Assembly: GCA_964633305.1 (NCBI GenBank)
Contig: CAZWGG010000001.1
Span: forward strand, 1-59,850
Direction: 5' to 3'
Length of the DNA: 59,850 nt
Origin: an uncultured Bacteroidales bacterium
GTDB lineage: Bacteria > Bacteroidota > Bacteroidia > Bacteroidales > UBA10428
The notes under the pieces were generated by a model. The model ran no database searches, had not been told where the DNA came from, and was given only the letters and a program-made list of their open reading frames with translations. Every line of letters starts with the position of its first letter. Positions within the stretch are counted from its first letter, which is position 1. A program made the translations under genes and the position numbers. Below are positions 20,290 to 29,440 of the stretch, in pieces.

Positions 20290-20991
20290 ATGGATATTGG
20301 TATAGTAACTTCTTTTTATAATAATTATGATAATTTCTTAAATCAGTGGGTTAATTCGATATGCAAATTAAAAGAAAAACCGACTATAGTCACAATTGTT
20401 CAAAGTGGTAAAAGATATAAACAACAGAATTTAGATAATGCACGAGATATTTTAGAAAAGAATAATTTTAATTTTATAATTGTGAAAATTAAAAAACATA
20501 GATGCATGGGATTTGCCAGAAACTGGGCAGTAAAACATACAGATACAAAATGGATTATGTATTTAGATGTGGATGATACTATAAAGCCTGATGCAATAAC
20601 AAATTTAAAAAAATTTGAAGATAAAGCAGATGTTATATGTGGAGGACTCGAAATAAAATTAATAGAAAAGAAAAGAAATTTTGTTAAAAATAAATTTTAT
20701 TTACATACAAATAGAAGAAATGTTTTAAAAGGTAAACATATTTGCAGTTCTCACTCAGTTTATAAAAGAAAATTATGGGAAAAATATAAATATCCATTAA
20801 ATGATGAGTTTTGCAATGGTATGATATGGTTAGGCTTTGCTAAATTAGGAGCGAGGTTTATTGGAATTAATAAAATATGTACAAGTTATCTAAGAAGGAA
20901 AAATGGACATTATTTTAGATATACTAAAAAAAATAAAAATAAATGGAAAAAACAAAAAAAACAATTTTTAAGAAGGAAGGTATTAAAATGA
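20290..20991 (+). CDS. family 2 glycosyltransferase
   Basis: IGIVTSFYNNYD N-terminus and YLDVDD DXD motif. Confidence 0.7.
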   Translation: MDIGIVTSFYNNYDNFLNQWVNSICKLKEKPTIVTIVQSGKRYKQQNLDNARDILEKNNFNFIIVKIKKHRCMGFARNWAVKHTDTKWIMYLDVDDTIKPDAITNLKKFEDKADVICGGLEIKLIEKKRNFVKNKFYLHTNRRNVLKGKHICSSHSVYKRKLWEKYKYPLNDEFCNGMIWLGFAKLGARFIGINKICTSYLRRKNGHYFRYTKKNKNKWKKQKKQFLRRKVLK

Positions 20992-21947
20992 TTGAAAGTT
21001 ATGATAATTTATATTTTGGACAACAACATATTGGTACAATAGATTTTTTTGGAAAGAATTATCATACTATTAAGATTGATGATTTCCCACATTATAAATA
21101 TTTACATGGGAATATAGATATTTATAGAAAGTATTTACATAATACATGGAAATATACAGATAAATCTGAAAGAAATATTACGATAGAAAATAAAATAAAT
21201 AGTTTTAGAGCTTTATTTTATGATGTTGATAAAAATGGGATAAAAGAAAAAATAAAAATAGTAAAAAGGTTTGATGGTAAAGATATAATATGTGGAGGAA
21301 ACCACAGGTCGGCTATAGGATGTTTTTTAAATATTCCGATACCATTTAATAGAATTAATATATTTGACAGAATAAAAGAATTAATTCAAATAGAAGGAAA
21401 ATTCGGGCTTAGAGGAACAACAAAGCCATATCATAGTATTTATAAATATGTTAGTAATGAATTTGTTGAAATAATACAGGGTAGACGGCGCGATTTATTA
21501 GAAAGAATTAATTTAATAGATAAAGAAGATATTGTAAATAAAAATATATTAGATATTGGTTGCAATATTGGTACAAGTAGTTTTTTGGCTGCATTCTTGG
21601 GGGCTAAAAAAGTAGTTGGTATAGATAATAATGTTGATATTTTAAATGCAGCAATAAGATTAAATACATTATTTGCATTACCATGTTATTTTAAAATTCT
21701 TAATTTAAACTTAAATAAGAATTTTAAAATTAATAAATATAATACTGCTTTTATATTTTCAGTTGATAAACATATAAAAAATCATGATAATCTTGTTAAA
21801 ATTATAAAAAATAATATAAAAATTGTTTATTTTGAAACACATGAAAATTCAGACATGCCACTTAAAATAAAAAAATGCTTTAGTAAAATTAAATTAATTG
21901 AAACATATTCAAAACGTAAATTATATAAATGTATTGTTGAAAATTAA
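20988..21947 (+). CDS. class I SAM methyltransferase with a ParB/Srx-like N-terminal region
   Basis: ILDIGCNIGTSS...VVGIDNN SAM motif. N-terminal FDGKDIICGGNHRSAIG. Start set at the ATGA overlap behind AGGAAGG. Confidence 0.6.
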   Translation: MIESYDNLYFGQQHIGTIDFFGKNYHTIKIDDFPHYKYLHGNIDIYRKYLHNTWKYTDKSERNITIENKINSFRALFYDVDKNGIKEKIKIVKRFDGKDIICGGNHRSAIGCFLNIPIPFNRINIFDRIKELIQIEGKFGLRGTTKPYHSIYKYVSNEFVEIIQGRRRDLLERINLIDKEDIVNKNILDIGCNIGTSSFLAAFLGAKKVVGIDNNVDILNAAIRLNTLFALPCYFKILNLNLNKNFKINKYNTAFIFSVDKHIKNHDNLVKIIKNNIKIVYFETHENSDMPLKIKKCFSKIKLIETYSKRKLYKCIVEN

Positions 21948-21964
21948 TTGGAAGGAATTATTAT

Positions 21965-22606
21965 ATGGTTAGAATTCCTAAAATTATTCATATTATATGG
22001 ATTGGCAAAATAGAATTTCCATATAAAAATAATTTGAATAGTTATAAAAAAAATAATCCAAAATGGAAGATTATTTTTTGGGATAATAAAAATATACCAG
22101 ATATATTTAACAGAAAAAGCTATCAAAAAATGAATAGTTATGCTTCTAAAGTTGACATTTTAAGACTAGAAATTTTATATAATTATGGTGGAATATATGT
22201 TGATGCTGATAGCAAATGTTTAAAATCTTTAGATATCCTTTTAGACGAATTAACTTGTTTTGGAATGACAGGAAATAATGGAAATATTGCGAATGGTACA
22301 TTAGGATGTATGCAGAAACATAGTGCATTCAAGGAATTAGTTTTTGGATTAGATAGCCATATTGAAAAATTATCAAAATTAAAATTAAATAAAAAAAAAG
22401 GGATTAGAATATTTAATGTTGCTGGAACTGGATACATAACTAGAATATTAAGAAAATATGATGATTTTATACAAATAGACAAAGGATGCAAAAAAGGGAA
22501 TAGACGATATATTGGAACTTTTGAAGATAAAAAAGTATTAAAAAATGGATATATAGTACATTTTAATAAAAAAACATGGAAAAAAAAGAAAAGAATTATT
22601 TTGTGA
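21965..22606 (+). CDS. GT32-type glycosyltransferase (DXD sugar-binding region)
   Basis: IPKIIHIIWIG, NPKWKIIFWD and DILRLEILYNYGGIYVDAD. Confidence 0.75.
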   Translation: MVRIPKIIHIIWIGKIEFPYKNNLNSYKKNNPKWKIIFWDNKNIPDIFNRKSYQKMNSYASKVDILRLEILYNYGGIYVDADSKCLKSLDILLDELTCFGMTGNNGNIANGTLGCMQKHSAFKELVFGLDSHIEKLSKLKLNKKKGIRIFNVAGTGYITRILRKYDDFIQIDKGCKKGNRRYIGTFEDKKVLKNGYIVHFNKKTWKKKKRIIL

Positions 22607-22618
22607 AAGGAAAGTAAT

Positions 22619-23281
22619 ATGATAGATGTAATTTATTTATCAGGTGGACAGGGAGTTAGAAGTGAATTAGGATTTCCTAAGCAATTTTCAAGAATTAATG
22701 GAAAACCAATATTAATTTATGGACTTGAAACTTTAAATAAAATACCTGAAGAAATAAGAACTATTATAATTCCATGTACTAATCAAGCGGAAACTTATAA
22801 GTATATGAATGATTATAATATAAAAAAATATAAACTTTGTGAATATGGTGAAACAAGACAGCAATCAGTATATAAAGCTTTGAAATTTGTTAAAACTGAA
22901 TTTGTATTGATAATGGAAGCGGTTCGTCCTTTTGTTTCTATTGAATTAATAAAGAAAGTACTAGAAACTGAAAGTGATTTTGTTGTACCAAGAAATATTA
23001 TGTATTCCACAGTTATTACAGATTATGGAACTATTATGAATAGAAATGATTGTGGGGAAGTCCAGATGCCTCAAAAGTATAAAACTAAATTACTTAGAAA
23101 CTGTCATGAGTATGCAAATTGCAATAAAATAACTTATACCGACGATTCTGCTTTAGTTATAGCAAATTCATTTTGTATTCCTTGGGTTATAGTAGGAGAA
23201 CAATGTAATATAAAAATAACTACACCTTTGGACTTAAAATTAGCGGAGGGCATCTATGAATATTATAATAACAGGGAGTAA
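22619..23281 (+). CDS. IspD/TarI-family cytidylyltransferase (CDP-alditol synthesis)
   Basis: LSGGQGVRSELGFPKQFSRINGKPIL N-terminal signature. Confidence 0.75.
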   Translation: MIDVIYLSGGQGVRSELGFPKQFSRINGKPILIYGLETLNKIPEEIRTIIIPCTNQAETYKYMNDYNIKKYKLCEYGETRQQSVYKALKFVKTEFVLIMEAVRPFVSIELIKKVLETESDFVVPRNIMYSTVITDYGTIMNRNDCGEVQMPQKYKTKLLRNCHEYANCNKITYTDDSALVIANSFCIPWVIVGEQCNIKITTPLDLKLAEGIYEYYNNRE

Positions 23282-23891
23282 CAGGGGAATTGGTGCTGCA
23301 ATAGCTAAAAATTGGTGTAGTTTGGATTCGAAAAATTTATATTATGGGATATCTAGATATAATGATTTTGATGTTAAAAACTCTAATTGTTTAGATGAAT
23401 TATTATCATTTGAATTTGAAAAAGAATATAGACCCATAGCATTAATAAATAATGCTGGAACAATAAAGCTAGGAAGTATAAATGAGTTATCTTTTGATGA
23501 CTGGAAAGAGCAATTTGACGTTAATGTCCATGGTGTTTTTAATTGCTCAAAAGCATATATAAAATACTGTATGAAAAATAATATAGAAGGCAAAATAATA
23601 AATATTGCTTCAACTGCTGGTCTAAATGCTAGACCTGGTCGAGCTGCATATTCAGCAACAAAGGCAGCTGTTATAAATTTTAGTTTAAGCTTATCTGAGG
23701 AATTAAGAAGTTATAATATTAAAGTTTATTGCGTATGTCCGGGTGCGTGTGATACAGACATGAGACATTATATAAATCCTGACGATGATTTTGAAAATAT
23801 GATGAAACCTGAAGAAGTTGCAATTTTTATTTGTGACTTAATAAATTATGGAAACAACTTAGATGGACAGATTTTAACTATAAAAAAATAG
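23256..23891 (+). CDS. short-chain dehydrogenase/reductase
   Basis: TGSNRGIGAAIA cofactor motif, NNAG, catalytic YSATKAA. Confidence 0.8.
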   Translation: MNIIITGSNRGIGAAIAKNWCSLDSKNLYYGISRYNDFDVKNSNCLDELLSFEFEKEYRPIALINNAGTIKLGSINELSFDDWKEQFDVNVHGVFNCSKAYIKYCMKNNIEGKIINIASTAGLNARPGRAAYSATKAAVINFSLSLSEELRSYNIKVYCVCPGACDTDMRHYINPDDDFENMMKPEEVAIFICDLINYGNNLDGQILTIKK

Positions 23892-23903
23892 AAAGGAAAC
23901 AAT

Positions 23904-25034
23904 ATGAATGTAACAATTTTAAATACTGCTCACTTTGAAATAACAGTTGGTAAATATACATTTAAACCTTTTAAAGAAGTAAGTATAAGTATTGCCCCAG
24001 TAGATTCAGTCTTTAGAGATATGCGGTGTGAAAAAATGTTGAGAATAAATCGAATAAATAATAAACAATTTATTGAAACTTATGGATTGAAACATAACGG
24101 AAATACTTTTAATTTTTGTTATGATATTCAGTCACAACACGCAGGGGAAGCTTATAAATATGCGATACAAGCACTTGCAAATCCAATAATTAAGCATCTT
24201 GATAAAAGTGGATTATCAAATAGACCATTAACATCTATTAATTGTAGATTTTTTTCTGCAAAAAGAATAAATCAACAAATGAAAGTTCCAATAGGTCCGA
24301 AAGATGTATTTTTTTCGCATGGAATTGGTGATAAAAATTATTGGATTGGGGACAATATAAACGATTATAAATATGCGTTTGTTCCCGGCCCAGCTTGGGA
24401 AAAGCGAATGAGAGAGACAAGATATAAAGGTCAGATTTTCATTTGTGGATATACAAAGTTAGATCCACTATTGAATAATGAATTAAAAAGAAATTTATAT
24501 GATAAACCTTATGTAGTTTGGGCTCCAACGCATGGATACGTAGGAAAAGATACTGGAAGAAGTACATATCCAGAATGTTTAGAATTAATAAAAAAAATAC
24601 CTGAAGAATATATTACGAAAATTGCTTTACATCCAACATCGAAAATGAATGCAAGAATAAAGCATACACCCACATTACAAGAATTGATGGATGCTGATGT
24701 AGTAATCGCCGATGCTGGAAGTACACTTTATGAAGCATGGATTTTAGGCAAACCAGTCATTTTTCCTGACTGGATATGCAAAAAATCAGTGCTTAATCAT
24801 TTTAAAAAAGATACTAATAATTTTGAATATAGAATTTATAACGAAAATATTGGGTATCATGCAAAAGATATGAACGAATTGAATAGAATGATTGAAATAG
24901 CTTTAAAAAACGGTATGGGACAACAAGAAAAAGAATTCATTAATGATATATACCCAGAAAATATAAGAGGACATGCGGGGGAAATAGCAGCAAAACAATT
25001 AAAATCAATTGCAAGTTCTTTAAATATTAAATAA
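23904..25034 (+). CDS. TagB/TagF-family CDP-alditol/glycerol phosphotransferase
   Basis: VVWAPTHG and ADAGSTLYEAWILGKPVIF resemble the Glyphos_transf core. 376 aa. Confidence 0.55.
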   Translation: MNVTILNTAHFEITVGKYTFKPFKEVSISIAPVDSVFRDMRCEKMLRINRINNKQFIETYGLKHNGNTFNFCYDIQSQHAGEAYKYAIQALANPIIKHLDKSGLSNRPLTSINCRFFSAKRINQQMKVPIGPKDVFFSHGIGDKNYWIGDNINDYKYAFVPGPAWEKRMRETRYKGQIFICGYTKLDPLLNNELKRNLYDKPYVVWAPTHGYVGKDTGRSTYPECLELIKKIPEEYITKIALHPTSKMNARIKHTPTLQELMDADVVIADAGSTLYEAWILGKPVIFPDWICKKSVLNHFKKDTNNFEYRIYNENIGYHAKDMNELNRMIEIALKNGMGQQEKEFINDIYPENIRGHAGEIAAKQLKSIASSLNIK

Positions 25035-25052
25035 CAATGAAAGGAATGTATT

Positions 25053-25322
25053 ATGAGGTTTAATTCAAAAGAAATAGCGAAGGAGTTTGATTTTGCCCAT
25101 TTATCTATTTTAAATTGTTTAAATAAATATAGAAAACAATTTAATAAACTTGATGATACAAAAGTATTAGAAAAAGTAATAGAAAAACGAGAAAAAGGAA
25201 GCAAAGGAGGAAGACCAGCTGCATATTATCTTTTAAATGAAAAACAAAAAGAATTTCTTTTATTGCTTTTGAATAATAAAAAAACTAGCTTATATAAATT
25301 TGAATTAGTTAAAAAAAAATAA
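25053..25322 (+). CDS. small regulatory protein, Rha-like fragment?
   Basis: GGRPAAYYLLNEKQKEFLLLLL resembles the Rha C-region. Weak. Confidence 0.35.
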   Translation: MRFNSKEIAKEFDFAHLSILNCLNKYRKQFNKLDDTKVLEKVIEKREKGSKGGRPAAYYLLNEKQKEFLLLLLNNKKTSLYKFELVKKK

Positions 25323-25458
25323 ATATGTTTATATCAATTGATAAGAGGGATGTTGAGTCTTTTTTTTTATAAAGAAAAAAATATGTTGTATCTATCTTGT
25401 AATGTTTTAATAAATATTGTATAATATTGATAAAATATTTATTAAAAAGGAGAATACT

Positions 25459-25998
25459 ATGAAAAATAATAATAATATTAGTGAAGATGGTAAAAAAATA
25501 AATGATTCAAAAGAGATAACACTTGAAATGGAAAGAATTATTAATAGTTACAAGGATAAAAATAATACTTATCTAAGATTGAGGTTAGCTGCGATTGACA
25601 GTATTTCTTATTATGAACAGAAATTGAAAAATTTAACATTAAAATTTGATGATTCAATGTTAGAAATACATAAAGACATTGAATCATTAATGAATGAAGC
25701 TGAAAAGCTTAACATTTTAAATGAAACAAAAAAAGATAAAACACTTATTGGATTATCAGGTAATTTTATGATTTCAAAAGCTACTAAACAAATTGAGAAA
25801 GATTATTCTATATTGACACAATTTATCAAAGATATAAATCCAGAATATATTGATGAATATGGGAATATAAAATGGAATGAATATAAAACTAAATTATCTA
25901 TTGATAAAAATAATAAGTTAGTTGATGACCAAAAAAGAGTTGTTGAGGGACTAAAACTTATAAATATTCCTGAGAAAATAGATATTTTATTAAAATAA
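25459..25998 (+). CDS. Gam-like / Gp157-like coiled-coil protein, paralogue 1
   Basis: Start moved to the ATG behind AAGGAG, because the track start lies in a promoter-like TTGTAA-17-TATAAT. FIKDINPEYIDE is shared with paralogue 2. Confidence 0.45.
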   Translation: MKNNNNISEDGKKINDSKEITLEMERIINSYKDKNNTYLRLRLAAIDSISYYEQKLKNLTLKFDDSMLEIHKDIESLMNEAEKLNILNETKKDKTLIGLSGNFMISKATKQIEKDYSILTQFIKDINPEYIDEYGNIKWNEYKTKLSIDKNNKLVDDQKRVVEGLKLINIPEKIDILLK

Positions 25999-26017
25999 AG
26001 TAAAGGAAGTGTTTCAA

Positions 26018-26512
26018 ATGTATTTTAGAAAAAGTAATAATAAAAAGCTTTATGATGTATTAAGAAATATGCAGAATCAAAAAATAAAAATGATAACAAT
26101 TAAATATTTCAATAAATCTATTGTTTTGTATTATTTTGAGAATGATAATAAATTTGTTTTTGAGTATAACAGATCAAAACATTATAAAAAATCACATATT
26201 AAAAATAATTTAATTTTCAGAGGTTCTCTAAATGAAGTATATAGAGAAATAGTTGATAAACTTTGTCCAAAAATAAAGCCATTAATTGTTTCTGAAGGAA
26301 TAATGAAAGTAAATTGTATTAGAAAACTAAGAATTTGGAGAGGACTTCTTATTAGAGAACTCGCAGAAAAAGTAGATATCGATTATCAATTACTTGGAAG
26401 AATTGAAAAGAATGAAAGAACAATAGAAAAGTCTTTAATATCGAAAATTGCGAAAGTATTAGATGTATCAAAATCAATGTTATTTGAGAAGAGTGAGGAT
26501 AATAATGAATAA
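26018..26512 (+). CDS. XRE-family HTH regulator (HTH at the C-terminus)
   Basis: IRKLRIWRGLLIRELAEKVDIDYQLLGRIEKNER. Confidence 0.65.
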   Translation: MYFRKSNNKKLYDVLRNMQNQKIKMITIKYFNKSIVLYYFENDNKFVFEYNRSKHYKKSHIKNNLIFRGSLNEVYREIVDKLCPKIKPLIVSEGIMKVNCIRKLRIWRGLLIRELAEKVDIDYQLLGRIEKNERTIEKSLISKIAKVLDVSKSMLFEKSEDNNE

Positions 26513-26936
26513 GTTAAATAAATCAAGTGTTATATCAATTATACTATCGTTACTATGTATTAGTACTATAATTACACTTAGTAATATATTTAAAGAATCA
26601 ACATATAAAAAGAAAGAATTAGTAACATTGTTAAAAACTAAAAATATATCATTGCTGAAGGTAGAAAAAGATAAAATCCTTTTTATAGATGGGCCATTAA
26701 AAGAAAATAATATTGAATTCTATGATGAAAGTATTAATGATTTAAATTATATAAATTTTGATGAGTATTGTTGTATTTATATATTTGATAATAATAATCA
26801 AGCTGCAAAGATGGAAATATTTTTAGGGGAGAGGTTATTTAATAATATTTTTAGAGAAAAGAATATTATATTTTTTACAAATAATGTATCATTAAGAGAA
26901 AAATATTTAAAATATATAAGAGAATTGGAGAATTAA
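26505..26936 (+). CDS. membrane-anchored protein (143 aa); possible exclusion protein
   Basis: N-terminal hydrophobic helix SSVISIILSLLCISTIITL. Start at the ATG behind GAGGA. Confidence 0.5.
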   Translation: MNKLNKSSVISIILSLLCISTIITLSNIFKESTYKKKELVTLLKTKNISLLKVEKDKILFIDGPLKENNIEFYDESINDLNYINFDEYCCIYIFDNNNQAAKMEIFLGERLFNNIFREKNIIFFTNNVSLREKYLKYIRELEN

Positions 26937-26937
26937 A

Positions 26938-27087
26938 ATGGAAAATAAATGTCCACGTTGTGAAAGTAATAATACAGTTATAACAGGCACAGAATTAAAA
27001 AGAGATAAAACCGGTAATATTATCGGTAAATATACAAATTATTTCTGTAGAAACTGCAATAATACTTGGAAGAAAGAAAATAAATAA
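26938..27087 (+). CDS. small zinc-ribbon protein (49 aa)
   Basis: Hand-translated. CPRC...CRNC motif. GGAG RBS. Confidence 0.5.
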   Translation: MENKCPRCESNNTVITGTELKRDKTGNIIGKYTNYFCRNCNNTWKKENK

Positions 27088-27102
27088 TGAGAGGATAATT
27101 AA

Positions 27103-27663
27103 ATGATTAATTTTATAGATGAAAATAATAATAATTCATTTGAAAATAATAAAAAATTAGATAGTAATATATCATTAGATATATTATTAGAACAGGAAAT
27201 TGAAAAAATAAAAGAATCAAAATATAAAGCTCAGAAATATATTAAAGTTTGTAATGGAATGATATCAAACTATAATAAAAAAATAAAAGTTGCTGAGGAG
27301 AGATTTGAATTTATCGATAATACTGTAAAAATGAATATAATGACATGGTTAAAAGAAGCAATAGACGAAGAAACAATTTCCGTAAATTTATTAGAACAGG
27401 ATTCAACTCATATTTATTATAGATTGCCTATGTCTAAAATAATTATTAAAAAACAGCAAATAAAGATAAAAGATATGTATAAATTAGTATCATGGATAAA
27501 TAAGAATTGTCCTGAATATATAGTTGATGAAAAGTTAAAAGAAAAAGAATTAATAGATTCGCTAAGTATTAAAGACAAAGATATTGTATATAATAAAACT
27601 GGGGAAATAGTCAGTGCATATTTTTATTTAACTGATTTAGAACTGACTATAAAAGAATTATAG
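27103..27663 (+). CDS. Gam-like / Gp157-like coiled-coil protein, paralogue 2
   Basis: WINKNCPEYIVDE aligns with paralogue 1. Same N-terminal coiled-coil layout. Confidence 0.45.
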   Translation: MINFIDENNNNSFENNKKLDSNISLDILLEQEIEKIKESKYKAQKYIKVCNGMISNYNKKIKVAEERFEFIDNTVKMNIMTWLKEAIDEETISVNLLEQDSTHIYYRLPMSKIIIKKQQIKIKDMYKLVSWINKNCPEYIVDEKLKEKELIDSLSIKDKDIVYNKTGEIVSAYFYLTDLELTIKEL

Positions 27664-27677
27664 GAGATGACTTTCAA

Positions 27678-28760
27678 ATGAATAAAAAAGGAAAACCATT
27701 TTTTACTTATGAAGATAAACAGAAAGTAAAAAATAATTTAAGAGCTATATTAACTTATTATGGTGCAGAAGAATCATCCCCTAATTGGACATGTTTAAAA
27801 AGTAGACACAAAACACCGAAAAATGATTTATCAGTTAAAGAAAATGTATGTTGTTGTCATTGTGGACTAAAGGGAGATTCATTTAATGTTATTGCTGAAA
27901 TTGAAGGATATGATGTTTATAAAGACTTTAGTAAATTAGTAGAAAGAGGTCTTCAAATACTTAATTGTGACCCCACGAATGAAGTCACAATTAATAAAAA
28001 TAATAATAAACAAATAAAAGCTGAGAACTCAATTAAAAAACAATATAAAGATATACAAAATTTTAATTTAACTAATATAATAACAGAAAATTATAAAAAA
28101 ACAAAGACATGGCAATATAAGTATTTTTATAGTAGGGGAATAACATCTTTAAATATATTTAGTAAATATAAAATAATTATTAGTAATCCTAAAAATGTAT
28201 TTCCTTTACAACTATTGCCTCAATTTTATAATTTATATGCATACAGAAATATTATTCCTGTATGGGAAGATGGAAAAGTTGTAAATTGTATTTTAAGAAG
28301 AGACGATAAATATTCGCAAAATAATGCAAAAGTTTTAAATTTGAAAAATTTGCCATTAAAAATATGTAATTTAGATTATATTAAATATGCAAAAGATAAT
28401 GATATTATATTTATAACTGAAGGAATATTTGATGGTTTAACATTTGAACAAATGAAATATAAATGTATCGTACTTAATTCAACATCAATGGTCAATACAT
28501 TTATAACATATATTAAAAGTTATAATGTTTTATTAGTTCAAAGAAAAATTAAATTTATAATTTGTTGTGATAATGATTCAGCTGGGGAAGATGCAATTCA
28601 AACACTTGATACTAACATTAGAAAAATGGGGATAATGTGCTTTATTATGAGATTAAAAGGCTATAAAGATGCAAATGAATTTTATTTAAAATGTGAAAAA
28701 GATTTTTTTTCCCATGAAATAAGAAAGATAGTTAACAATGTAAAGAATTTTAACAAGTAA
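27678..28760 (+). CDS. DnaG-type DNA primase (CHC2 zinc finger + TOPRIM)
   Basis: CLKSRH...CCCHCGLKGD zinc finger. ITEGIFDGL and CCDNDSAGE TOPRIM motifs. Confidence 0.75.
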   Translation: MNKKGKPFFTYEDKQKVKNNLRAILTYYGAEESSPNWTCLKSRHKTPKNDLSVKENVCCCHCGLKGDSFNVIAEIEGYDVYKDFSKLVERGLQILNCDPTNEVTINKNNNKQIKAENSIKKQYKDIQNFNLTNIITENYKKTKTWQYKYFYSRGITSLNIFSKYKIIISNPKNVFPLQLLPQFYNLYAYRNIIPVWEDGKVVNCILRRDDKYSQNNAKVLNLKNLPLKICNLDYIKYAKDNDIIFITEGIFDGLTFEQMKYKCIVLNSTSMVNTFITYIKSYNVLLVQRKIKFIICCDNDSAGEDAIQTLDTNIRKMGIMCFIMRLKGYKDANEFYLKCEKDFFSHEIRKIVNNVKNFNK

Positions 28761-28792
28761 ATAATTTTACAATCAATAATATAAAAATAAAG
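28755..28792 (+). repeat. 38-bp perfect direct repeat, copy 1
   Basis: AAGTAAATAATTTTACAATCAATAATATAAAAATAAAG. Includes the primase stop codon. Confidence 0.9.
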
Positions 28793-28811
28793 CAATAGAA
28801 AGGAATCACAA

Positions 28812-29318
28812 ATGAATAATTTTGAATTTGATTACAAGGGTAAAAAATATTGGTATTCCAGGTCGGTCGCCGTTGTTGGGTTAATTATGGCCCATGATGA
28901 TAATTGGCATTGGTATATATTAGCAAATAAAAGGGGGGTTAATACTCCAGATTTTCAGGGATATTGGTGTCTCCCTTGTGGATATTTAGATTTTAACGAA
29001 ACATGTGAAAAGGCTATATGCAGAGAAACTTTTGAAGAGACAGGCCTTAGAATTAATGAGGAAGAATTTTCTTTAATTGGCATCGATAGCGTTCCATTTG
29101 GACGACAAAATGTAACAATAAGATTTATTTGTTCATTATCAGAAAATATAAAAGACTTAACATTAACTATTGAAAATGCAAATTATGGCGAAGTTGAAGA
29201 GGTTAGATGGATACCATTAGATGATTTCAAAACATATAAATGGGCTTTTAATCATGTAGGACTTATTAGTATATATTGTCGCCCACCAGATAGTTCTAAC
29301 TATGAAAAGGAGTGTTAA
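28812..29318 (+). CDS. NUDIX hydrolase
   Basis: Nudix box GYLDFNETCEKAICRETFEETGL. Confidence 0.85.
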   Translation: MNNFEFDYKGKKYWYSRSVAVVGLIMAHDDNWHWYILANKRGVNTPDFQGYWCLPCGYLDFNETCEKAICRETFEETGLRINEEEFSLIGIDSVPFGRQNVTIRFICSLSENIKDLTLTIENANYGEVEEVRWIPLDDFKTYKWAFNHVGLISIYCRPPDSSNYEKEC

Positions 29319-29324
29319 TTTAAT

Positions 29325-29362
29325 AAGTAAATAATTTTACAATCAATAATATAAAAATAAAG
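29325..29362 (+). repeat. 38-bp perfect direct repeat, copy 2
   Basis: Identical to 28755-28792 and located 570 bp downstream. Confidence 0.9.
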
Positions 29363-29440
29363 TTTTTGTTCTACATAGAATAGAATAAAAGCTTTATTTT
29401 TTTTTAAACTACCTGTATAATAAAAGAAAGTTATTAAAAA

